Positions 45,571 to 56,125 of a stretch of DNA of 64,000 nucleotides are shown one piece after another; position 1 is the stretch's first letter; each line of letters begins with the position of its first letter. Location: NCBI GenBank assembly GCA_013265495.1, contig MU058714.1, forward strand, positions 310,001 through 374,000. The letters run 5' to 3'. This DNA comes from Vicugna vicugna (taxonomy: Eukaryota). The notes below the pieces were generated by a model. It had not been told where the DNA came from and did no database searches. It saw only the letters and a list, made by a program, of their open reading frames with translations. The translations under genes and the position numbers were made by a program.

Positions 45571-48500
45571 TCTGCCAGAAACTGATCACTTCAGATTAAA
45601 ACAAACCAAAATTCACACACACACCCAGTATCCAATGATACAACTGTTGGAAAGCTGCTGAACCTCTTGAGTCCACCACATGTGGTAACACTTTAAAAGG
45701 ACACGGCCATAAAATTCCAGTGGAGGTGCCACGAAGCGCAAGAAGCTTTGAGTCAGCGGTACTACTGCGACTCCTAACCCATGGCTCATAATAGAGCGAT
45801 GATTTGCTTACTAGATACCTTCCCTGCTCCTTTAAGGTTTGCATTACCTTCAGCATGAATTTATTCATAAATTTCAGCCCGCAGGGAGAATGAAGCTCCC
45901 CTCTGAAGTGAGGAGAAGCTGGGCCTGGATGTTGGCTGCCACTGGTTAAAGGGCCAGTTGGGGCGCAGGCCTGAATGCTTTAGTTCAGGAGATTCCCAAC
46001 AATTAGAAATGCAGCCTCCGGCTCTGCCAGGCTCCAGGAAAGGCCAGCGAATTTGCAGTCAGACTCCTTGCCGGGACGGCTGCTGGTGTATTTTCTTTTG
46101 TTGTGCCTTCAGAGGCTGGAGCTGTTTTGTTCTGGAGAAGGTGGTCAGGAACCCCAGCCTTCCCGTCCTCCCACTTCTGAGAGCTGGAGAAGGGCTGGGG
46201 ATGGCCAGGAAGGAGCAGACTGGAGACCCAGGAGCCCCGCCGTCCCCGGTGGCCAGCCCGCTTCTACAGAGCACCCGCCAGATGGGTGCTGGGGGCCCGG
46301 ACCCACACTGGCCTTTGTTAGTTTCTGCGCTACTGATCTGATCGCCTAATCCACCGCCTTCCCAGAAGAATGAGCTGGGCTGCCAAAGGGCCCGAACCGG
46401 CCCGAGGGGCCGGCCGGCGGCCTCCCCGGGGCGGGCTCAGCCCCGCGCCGTCCCGTCCAGCCCGAGGGCTCCTGGCGCGGTGGGTGTCGCCAGGCTGCGA
46501 GGATGTGAATCCGGCCGGCTGGACACCTCCTTCCTGCCTACCACCTTGCGGCTGGAGGGCCTGGCCGCAGGGAGGGTGCAGAGAGGCGCCCATGGTGGCC
46601 CACTCTAACGTACTTTCGGCTGGGGGAGATGAGGAGCTCCATGCTCCTTCAGGACCCTGAAAGGCACCGCCGCCTGGGAGGGGTTGGGCTCCAAGGAGAA
46701 AGGCTGAGACCATCGCCTCTAGAGGGCGCGCGCGACCCGCGAAGTTCAGGCCACTGGCGCTTTGGACGCGCCGGGAACATTCCCCACCGGGGCTCTGAGC
46801 TGCCCTGAGGAACAGAATTGCACGACCTACACCCCGAGAGCTCTCTGAGATGCCCCCAGCACCCCCCATTTCCGAAGTCAAGAAGGAAGCCGCGGCCCTA
46901 GGCCACAGCCTCTTACCTCGTGTCCAGGCCCGCCAAGCACTGAGCTGCTCCCATCTCGAATTCCAGCCGGGTTCCAGGCCCCTTCTGGTCCTGGGGGACT
47001 TTGGGGTGAGAAGAGAAAATCAGAAAATGAGTCCCCAGAGTTCTAGGACAGGCTTGTTCGCCGTCGGGCCTCTTGTTCACAGCACGGGCCTCCCCTAGGA
47101 TCCCTGCGCTGTAAGCATCAAAGGGACAAAAAAAAAAAAATCGATCCGATTCGACTCTCTCCGAAGAGCCATAAAGACTCCAGTTCAGCCAGTGTGTGCT
47201 GAGCCAGGCTCCGCGCTGGTGGCAGCCCCCCCAACCGGCCCTGCCTTCAAGACGCAGAGAAACAGCCCCGGCCAGAGGCACGCAGGCCAAAGCCTCCATA
47301 CCTGGTCGCTTTCCCGGAGAATCCGCCCGAGGGACTGAAACCCTCAGAAGAAACACCTGGTCAGAACTGAGGCTGGTCATGGTCAGCCAACCGGGGAAAG
47401 GGGGCAAAGCTGGCGGCCTCCCATCTTCCTCTCTCCATAAACGAGAGTCCACTCCCTGACCAGACACTCAGGAAACCCTTGAGGCAGGGAGTCCCGCCGC
47501 TCCACCTCGGTCACAGTTTGGAGGCTGGCCACCTGGCCGCTTCGCAGGGGTACCCTACTCTGCTCCCCACCCTCTGACTGCCCACCTGCCCGGCCCCTCA
47601 CTTCCGAAGGGTGACCCACTGCGTCCCAAGCCCAGGCACCGGGCTGCTCCTTCCCTCCCGGGACCTCACACAGGTCACAGACTCAGGGAAGGAGGCTGGG
47701 AGAGCTCCAACAAATGCGGGGTCACTGACTCAGTGGCCAAGGGCAGGAGATGCACGGGCCAGTGCTTGCCGATGCCCCTCTCTTCCGGCTGTGCCAGTGC
47801 GCCTAGATCCGCGCTCTTCTGCGGGGCAACGTCTGCTGGGCATATAGGGGTGGAACTGAGCTCAGGGCGGTGGCCTCTTTGGGGTCCCCAGGGTAGCTCT
47901 CTGGTGCTGGCTTCACGACCCCGCCCCACTGCTGAAAAGCCTGCGGCCAGGAAAATCTGAGAAGCCCCCACCCGACCCTGCGCTCTGCTCTCCCCGGAAT
48001 GTGCCTAGCCCAGCACTGGAGGTGCTGCCCCCAAGAAGACCGGGGACAGAGAGGCCGTGGGCGGGGGAGGGGGGCGCGGGGCTTCGGCGCGGCAGCTTCG
48101 GGTTCACTAATCACATCAGCTAGCTCTGAGCCGGCGGAGCAGCCAGTTGCCTAGCAATACCCGCGAACTCAATTCTTCAATCAATAGGCGCGAGGCGCTG
48201 CATTTCGGGGAGCGCTGGCGAGGCTAGGTGGTTCTAGGGGGCGGGTCCCATGACAGCACTAGGGAGCAGTCAGGGAACGCCTGGGGAGCGCGGCAGGGAG
48301 GCTCCGGGAGTCCAGGACCGGGACATCAGGCCTGGAGGTGGGGTGCGCTGGCGGGGAGTCGGGCCAGAAGAAAGGGGAACCCAGAGGTCGCACCCAACCT
48401 CGCGGAGTCCCCGAGTTCTGCCCAGACTCCAGAGAACTGCAGTCGGTAGGTGAGGAAAACCACAACCTTCCCTTGGGAGGTTAGGGAGGGTCACACTCCG

Positions 48501-48699
48501 CTCCCTCCCAAGACTACTCCCTTACCCCTGCCGGGTTTGCGTACCCCTAGTTGGGGAAGGGCCTACTGGGATTGTAATCGTCCCAGGACCAGCGGACCAG
48601 AGAAGTGGATGGGATGGGTACTGAGCAAGCCACCTCTCCTCCCAGGGCACCTCTTCCCTCTTCTCCAGGGGCGGGGGGAGGAGGAAATAAAACCCAAGA

Positions 48700-50638
48700 C
48701 ACGTCTCTATTTACAAAGTATATATTTAACACGTAAAAAGCAGTATTGGATACAGACATTCACAACCGCAGAAGATAGGTACTGAAGCTTCACTCTTGAG
48801 CTGAGGCGGAGATCGATTCGAGATTTCTACAAATCTTAGAATTAAATAAACCCAACACACGCACATTCCGCGCGGTTGCAGACTCCCAGCCACGAGTCCC
48901 CAGCCCTGCCCACCCACCCCCAGGTCAACGTCGCAAGAGCGAGCGAAGGAGACACGCACACGGCCACGGACAGACGGCAGGACAGAGGGGCGGTGAGGCA
49001 GAACCAGGCTGACCCGGGAAGGTCGGAGGAAAGGGTCATAGTCAGCCCTGAGGTAGGGAGAGGGGGCGAAGGGAGGGAGGGAAGGCGGCAGCCAGGTAAA
49101 GACACGTGTCCCGGAGTTACCGTAACAGACATGTTCCTTCAATGAAGTTTCATCTGAAAATAGCGTCGATATTTAAATAGATACACTCGGTCAACGGCGC
49201 TTCTTTATACAAAGTCTAAAATACCAGTTTTACAAATGTGAGCAGATAAAAATCCATTCCCATTGCAGGGGCTTCTCTTCATAGGCGCAATTTGATTTTT
49301 ATTTTTAAACCTTGTAGTACACCATCTTCCTCTTTTTTAGCCCCTCATTTCAAAGGCAAGAAAGTCTGGAGGAGAGAGAGGCTGAGAAGCGGGAGGTGGG
49401 AATAGGGGGAGTGCGGAGAACCAGGCTGGGGCTCCCGCCCTGTGCCCCTCCCCCCCCGCCCCCGCACTGAGAAGCTCCCCCCAAGCCCCGGCTCCCCGCC
49501 TCTCACCCCAAGTCTGTGCTTCCTCCCAGCGCTCAGGGCCCCCACGCCCCTCCCTCAATAAGCAATGGGAAGTTAGATCTTCACTGGCCCTTTAAGGTTG
49601 GGGGAGGACGGGAGGCCGCAGGATCAGTCCTCTAAGGGACGGGGTTTGAGGGGGGACAGATTTGTGCTTATGAGTCAAAAGAGGGGCTCGTGTTCAGCGT
49701 CCTTGGAGCGCAGCGTGATCACGAGTCTGCCGGGGCGGGGGTGTCCAGGGACCTGCCGCCGCGCAAGGCCTCCCCAGCCGCGCCGGCCGTCTCTTCTCCA
49801 ACTCCCGCTCCTCCCTCCCCCTCTGGCGGAGTTTGAATGTCGAGTTCAAATAGAGAACACTCCGCGAATCGAAAAGGCCTATAAATTATAGCTTTTGCTT
49901 TTAAGAAGGGAGGAAAAAAAAAGAAAAAAGAAAAAGTTCTGATGCGCACTCTTGGATAGAAACCTCGCCTTGCCCCTCCTTCCCCTAACCCCGCTAAAGC
50001 CGCCGGGATGCGAGTCCTGCCCTGCTCCGAGCCCCGAGCCCCGAGCCCCGAGCCCAGACCCTCCACTGTACTCCTAGCCAGGCAATGGCCAGGGCCTGGG
50101 TGCGAAGCCCCCACTCCCGGCCGGGCCTCCCTCCGTGGGTCCCCCAGGGTGGGCCTGTCTGGCCATGGGTCCGCTGGAGAGCTGGCGCCCGCCCTCCCCG
50201 AGGGAGGGAGGCAGGCTAGTCCAACTCTTCCTGGGAGGTGGGGGCCACCGTCTCTTCTGGCGAAGCTAGAGGACGCTAAAAGGAAAAGTCTACCCCAAAC
50301 ACTTTTCTTGTAAAACAACAACTGTCTCGAACTCTGGGCACTGACATGCAATCCTCCCAATTTATCCTGGCATTTCGGGAATGTAAACAGATCCGCTGGA
50401 TTTCTTTTCTTTCTGTGGAGTAAGGAATCGAGGGAACTGGGAGACTTTGTCCACATGACATACACACGATCAGATCTGCGTGCACAACACACACATCTCC
50501 CGTAAAGTGCATTTCCCGGTGTGGTCCTGGGGTAAATCTACTGCTCCCCACCCACCCGCAACTTTTTACCTTCAACCTCACACACAAAAAAGTTATTCAA
50601 GTTAATACTTTGTTTTCCCCCAACAGATTTCTTAATCT

Positions 50639-50671
<33 letters not shown>

Positions 50672-50687
50672 GAAAAGAAAAGAAAAG

Positions 50688-50719
<32 letters not shown>

Positions 50720-51221
50720 CAGACTGACTGACCCCACCCCCTTTCTTTCTGATTGGGGAGCCAACCTTTTGTTGGCCTGGCCAACCAATAGGAAGAGAGA
50801 AAAAATCCGGGTCCTGCCTTGGTTTCAGGGGTCTGCCCGGGCTGGAGGAAAAGGAAGGAGGGGTGAGGTGGGCAGCTGAGTCCCTCCAGGCACCCTCCCA
50901 GGCCCAGTACCCAGGTCCCCATCCTCCCTAGTGCCCTGGGTGGCTGTCCAGCCCCTCCTGCCCCAACTTAGCCTGTCTCCCCCAACTAAACCACACTGAG
51001 TCTCTCTCTCCTTGTTTAAATAAAACAACTTCAAGAGTTGAAATATATATATTTAGATTTTTTTCTTAAATAACATATTTACATCTAATAGAAAATATAA
51101 CTCTAGAGATAATCTTTCCAACCAAAACTGAGGGGGAGGAATGAAAGGAGCTGGGGTGTGTGAAGTCAGGGAAGGGACAGGACCAGCCAGAAGGCCGCCT
51201 CCCACCCAGAAATAAAAAGCA
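48700..51221 (-). other. CBX8: CBX8 3' UTR (long form inferred)
   Basis: AU-rich UTR-like blocks on the minus strand. AATAAA at 49303-49298, and AATATA at 48726-48721 followed by a GU-rich element. Confidence 0.55.
50639..50719 (+). repeat. (GAAAA)n pentanucleotide microsatellite
   Basis: Poly-A run followed by about 12 perfect GAAAA units. Confidence 0.95.
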
Positions 51222-52175
51222 TTATACCAAGTTTGCACTCTCACTCTCTCTCCTGCTCTCTTGTCCTGGAATCACCCACCCAGCAATTAATCTTTTCTCT
51301 TTAAAAAAGCCTTGGTCCGTGTTACTTTCCTTAATGGTGACGGTCAAAAAGTTTGAGGTCACGTCGGTGACCACCACCTTCTCCAGGTTGGTCAGAGAGG
51401 GGCTCCAGGATTCTTCCTCTGGGTCCCCCAGGATTCTGGCCACTGGGATCCTGGCGATGAGGGAGGGCCTTCCCCCTTGAGCCCCCATGTCCCGATACAA
51501 ACCCCCCACAGAGCTGGGGGTGCCTGAGCCATGCCGGACCCGGGGGCCACCAGGGTCCAGGGTGCCCTGGCCTTTGGCCTCCAGGAAGGCGGCCCTGTGC
51601 TTTATGACCCTGGCCGGAAAGGTGTCCACAGCCAGTTTGCCCGTGGCCTCAGCTGGGCTGGGGCTGGCCACACCACACTGGGCCAGGTCTGAGTCCTGCC
51701 TTCGAGCCAGCTGGATCACACTGTGGCCAGCTGGGAACTTTCCTGCCCCGGAAGCAGCGTCGTCCAGCTTCCTGCCCTTGAGGTAATCTCCGAGGCCATC
51801 ACTGGGTTCTCCCAAGGGCCTCTGTGAGGGGTCCAGGAGCTCCTTCCGGGGCTTGGGACCTCGCTTCTTGGAGCTGTCACCTGGCGAGCTGGGTTTGTCC
51901 TCTGCACGGCCTGAGCCCCGCTCGCGCTCCCGCTCTCGTTCCCTCTCCCTCTCGCGCTCCCGATCCCGCTCACGGTCCCGAGGGGGCTCCACTCGGCAGG
52001 TGCTGCTGGTGCTGCTGCTGCTCCCTGGCGGGGACAGACCCATGTTCCGCAGGCCCTCACGGGCCCGGGAAGTAGAGGCCAGTTCCTGGGGCGAGCGGCC
52101 AGGGTAGGGGATCCGGATGCCTCGAGCCGAGTCACTTCGGAACTCATAAGTTTTGGCCTTGGCCTTGGCCTGGGC
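51222..52175 (-). CDS. CBX8: CBX8 coding exon 5 (RE/RD repeat, Pc box, 22-aa C-terminal extension)
   Basis: AQAKAKAKTYEFRSDS...RDRERDRERERE...VVVTDVTSNFLTVTIKESNTDQGFFKEKR, then LIAGWVIPGQESRRESESANLV and TAA. Confidence 0.95.
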   Translation of the reverse strand, partial: AQAKAKAKTYEFRSDSARGIRIPYPGRSPQELASTSRAREGLRNMGLSPPGSSSSTSSTCRVEPPRDRERDRERERERERERERERGSGRAEDKPSSPGDSSKKRGPKPRKELLDPSQRPLGEPSDGLGDYLKGRKLDDAASGAGKFPAGHSVIQLARRQDSDLAQCGVASPSPAEATGKLAVDTFPARVIKHRAAFLEAKGQGTLDPGGPRVRHGSGTPSSVGGLYRDMGAQGGRPSLIARIPVARILGDPEEESWSPSLTNLEKVVVTDVTSNFLTVTIKESNTDQGFFKEKRLIAGWVIPGQESRRESESANLV

Positions 52176-52632
52176 CTGCAAGAAGAGAAGGCAGTGTCAA
52201 GAGCAAAGCAGGGTCCTGTTCACCCCTCCCCCCAAAACCCCTCTTCCAGCCCCAGCCTCCCTGCTTTACTCTCTGATACCTTAGAATTTCTGTAAAGGTG
52301 GGGATGAACCTTAGGGGTAGCAGTCTGGAGGAAAGGGCAGAGCGTTTGTCTGGAAGCAGGCATTTGCACCAGGCACAATTCTTGTATTCGATTATATGTC
52401 TATTTGAGATAGCTGGGGCGGGGGTTGGGTCCAATAAAGGAATTTTAGTGTGGCTAAGCTCCTCCCCCCAAGACAGCCCTTGGCGGTGCTACTGACCAGG
52501 TGACAGCCTGTCTGGAGACTCCCTCCTAGATTACGAATAGAACACCCCACTGGGTCACAAGCCCTCAGGGACCCACTTCCGACAAACTGACACAACAGCA
52601 TTGCTGCCCACCATTGGACACTGCCATCCTAC

Positions 52633-52699
52633 CTTGAGCAAGAAAGTTTTGGGTTTGGGTCCTCGCTTTTTGGGGCCATAGAGCTCCATCTCTCGTTCC
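52633..52699 (-). CDS. CBX8: CBX8 coding exon 4
   Basis: [22 protein letters not shown], acceptor ctgcag, donor GTAGGA. 67 nt. Confidence 0.97.
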
Positions 52700-52824
52700 C
52701 TGCAGAAAGGGAGGAGGGAGAAGAGTGTGTGAGTAAAGAAACCAAGTGGGACTCTAGTTCAGGCTGGGCAGGAGCCTCCCTTCGTGTTCCTAAGTGAGAA
52801 ACTGAAGCTTAGAAGGGCCTGTAC

Positions 52825-52890
52825 CTTTCCTCAAAGGCTGCGAGCAGGCGAGCATCCAGGATGTTTTCTTCGGGTTCCCATGTGCTGTAC
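52825..52890 (-). CDS. CBX8: CBX8 coding exon 3
   Basis: [21 protein letters not shown]. 66 nt, AG/GT boundaries. Confidence 0.97.
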
Positions 52891-53071
52891 CTAAAGGGAA
52901 TCAAGAAGTGGGCGTCAGTCCCGGGAGCAGGGAAAGAGCAGTGTGTGTGTGTGTATGTCTGTAACTTTTCTTGTTGCATTGTATTGTATTTCAATGTAAA
53001 GGAAAAAAAGAGGAAGAAAGAAAGCTCCCGAATAACAGCCTGGGGTTGAGAACTGCTTAGAACCTACTTAC

Positions 53072-53115
53072 TTCTGCGACCAGCCCTTCCATTTCACGAG
53101 GTATTCCATGCGTCC
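53072..53115 (-). CDS. CBX8: CBX8 coding exon 2
   Basis: GRMEYLVKWKGWSQ(K), donor GTAAGT. 44 nt. Confidence 0.97.
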
Positions 53116-53488
53116 CTGCGGATGCAAAAAGGAAAATGTGTGTGTGCACAGGCAGAAATGCATGACGAGGACACGAGAAATACATGCAAAAAATGCATGC
53201 ACCGAATGAATGCGCGAAATCCCACCGCGAAAGGCACGCGCCCGCTGCATCACCCCCTGCACGAAACGCTGCACAAAGTGCATGCACCGGCATTCATTAC
53301 CCCCCACCCCGCCCCCCACCCATGCAATCTGTGCATCGCTGCAAGTCTAAGGAAAGCGCTTGGGCTCAGAGCCGCCGCCACGGCCGCGGCCGCTTCTGGG
53401 ACCTGGGGGAAGGGAAGCTGGGCTGCAGCAGGGGGAGGGAACCCGGGCCGGGAGGGGAGAGCTCGGCCCAAGGCCCGGGGGCACCTAC

Positions 53489-53557
53489 TTTCCGTATGCG
53501 CCGCTTCAGGAGGGCTTCGGCCGCGAACACCCGCTCCCCCACCGCTGAAAGCTCCAT
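53489..53557 (-). CDS. CBX8: CBX8 (chromobox 8, PRC1) coding exon 1
   Basis: MELSAVGERVFAAEALLKRRIRK, donor GTAGGT. Confidence 0.98.
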
Positions 53558-53559
53558 GT

Positions 53560-56000
53560 TGACTCGCCGCTTCCCCCCTTGGCCGCTTCCAGGAGCAGAA
53601 AAGCAGCAGCCAGCGCACGACAGACCATAATACTCTCCCGCTGACGTCAGTTCTCCTCCCCCCTCCCGCGCGCTCGCTCCCTCCCCGCCCCCTCCCGCAC
53701 AGACGTTGCTAAAGCCGAGCGGCCAGGGCCTGCTCTCCCGTGCGCTGATTGGGCGAGCTCCGGGCCACGCCCCTCTCGCTTTCTCCCCCGCGTTGCTACG
53801 TGACCCGCGTTCCAATCGCCAGGGGGCGGAGTCCAAGGCGACTCCAGAGACTGAAAGCGGGGGGGGGGCGCCGCCGGAAGTGACGTAGAGCCGGAGGGCG
53901 GGCTCCGCCGCTGTCAGTCTGTGGGGCTGGCAGGGGGGCCTTCCACCCTCTGTACCCACCAGGGCCCCCTCCCCCGCCGCCAAGTTGTCCCTGCGGTGCT
54001 CAGCGTCCCCCACAGCTCTCGCTGGGACCCCTGGGGCGGTGTCAGCCAGGCCCCTCCCCCTCGGCGACCCCGGCCAGCCCCACCCCCAACCCTCCCCTCC
54101 CCCCGCCGCCCCCGCGCCGCACAATGCACAATGCACAGGTGCTGGGGCACCGCGGGCCGCACCCGAACCCCAAGAGCCGGCTACGCGCCCCTCGCCTGAT
54201 CTCCCTCTCGGCCCCCTCCCCCGGAGCCGCAAAGCCGACCCTCGGTCTCCATGGCAACGGCCTCCCCCGCCGCCGCCAGCCCCTTCCCGCTAACAAATCA
54301 ATGTGCCTGTGTCTCCTGTCGCGCAACCCTGTCCTCGGCCACCCTCCGAGCCCTGCGAGTCAGGCGGGGCACCAGCGCTCGCCCCCAACTCAGAAGCCGA
54401 ATGCAGACCCAGCGGAGGCCCGCTGTTGCCGCCCGAGTCTTCCCACACCCCGTGATCTGGTGGGGGATGTCGCGCACCTTCTTCCTGCTCCCGGACCCGT
54501 CCCCGACTCCCTGAGCCACCTGCCCCTGCCGCCAGCCTTCGCTGCTCATCCTCACCAGGCCTTGGCCCCAGCATCGCTAGCCGCCCCCTGCACCACACCT
54601 GGGTGTGTTGGGGGAGGGCGTGGACGACCACCAAAGCAGAGCCTGGAGCTTGGCTGGGGTTGGGGCGCACAGCTAGGGGAGCGTCCACCTTCTCCCGGAC
54701 CGGGGCGACCAGCCGGGCCTGCGCCGCGCACTTCTTGTCCACGGCTCTTCCCGACGTGCGTGGCAGACCCTTGGCGAGAAAACCAGGGGAGCGTCGCAGG
54801 ATCCAGTGCAGGCTGAGGGAGAGGGGCTCACGGGCGAAGTAGCGGGGTCCAGGAAAGGGCGAGGGCCGGGCCCCGGATGCCTCGCGTGCTCACACACGCA
54901 CACACACGCTCCTCGTCAACTCGCGGTGACCTGTGGCTGGGCAGCGGCGGGGACAGCAGCCCAAGTCCCGGCCCAGCAATCCCCGACCCTTTTATCTTAC
55001 TGCCCAGGCTGCAAGTAACCGCACCTATACCTTGAAACCCACGATTTAGTTAAGACATGGGTGATAAACTTGGCTGGAAGCAGTTTTCCTTAGCGAGGGA
55101 TGGGGTGGGAGAAAGAGAGAAAAAAGAACAAGAGAGAGAAGAAAAGTAGAGCCAAGGAGTCTGACTCGAAAGGGCAAGAAGCCCAGAGCGGAAAACCGGC
55201 CTCCTGTCCAAAGTTAGGTGCGCGGCGGGCGCGGCGCGGTCCTGGACGCGCGGGACAGGCGCGGCTCCCGGCCGATCCTCACTTTCACTCCCGCCCCTGG
55301 AAACGCGGGGTTCCACTTTTTGGACCTGCTCAAACTTTACAAAGTGGGTGCTAGACTAACAGTCTCATCTCTCTGGTCGTTCGGTCTTATCAAACAGCGA
55401 ACTGGCGACGCCCAGATCGCCCCGGCGACCCGCGCGGGCTGCCCGCGAGAGGCCGCCGACGACCGTGTCCTTAATCATACAAAGTCATTCCCGGTAACAA
55501 ATAGTTTCGTTGGCCGGTGCCAGCGATACAGCTGTTTCTGTTTAAGCTTAAATACTTTCCAACAGTTTGGGCAGTAAAAATAAAGTCGGCCTCAGCCGCC
55601 TGCAAGTGTCTGGTTTCCCCGCCCAGAGAAAGCCCACCCTCCGCCCCGGGCCCGGGTCGCGCCGCACGCCCCTCCCGCACCCTCTTGGAATCCGCTGCCC
55701 GCTGTGGGCGACGGCGGCTGCCGGGCCGTCCCAGCCGCGCGCCGGCCGCCCAAGTTCCCCGGGCACCCCAGGGCCACCCTGGAGCCGGAGAGAGGGAGCC
55801 TGCCCAGAGCGGGCTGGAGGACCAGACTCGCCTCGTCCCCCGCCCTCCCCCTCCCCCTCGCAAGCCGGCCCGCGCCCGCAGAGGGTGGCGGTTTCCCTTC
55901 AGATGGGGTTTCTGGAGCCCTGTTCCCGGGAGTTGTGTTTGCGTTGGGTGCCTTTACAGACCCGGAGTTTGCACGAGGCGTGCAGAGGTCGACGGTTTCA
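53560..56000. promoter_or_regulatory. CBX8: CBX8 promoter and extended CpG island
   Basis: Full CRE TGACGTCA at 53642-53649, CCAAT boxes at about 53748 and 53812, GC box at about 53823, ETS-CRE composite CCGGAAGTGACGT at 53874-53886, X-box GTCTCCATGGCAAC at 54245-54258. Confidence 0.85.
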
Positions 56001-56044
56001 GTTTCACGCTGAGAAAGTTAGCTCAGCTTCTCCCTCCCGGTGCT

Positions 56045-56125
56045 TCTCTTCTTTCCTTTTTTCCTTCCTCCCTCCCTCCCTTCCTTCCTCCCTCGCTCCC
56101 TCCTTCCCTCTCTTTTTCCTTCTTT
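56045..56125 (+). repeat. Pyrimidine-rich (CCTT/CCCT)n simple repeat
   Basis: ttccttcctccctccctcccttccttcctccc... Confidence 0.8.
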
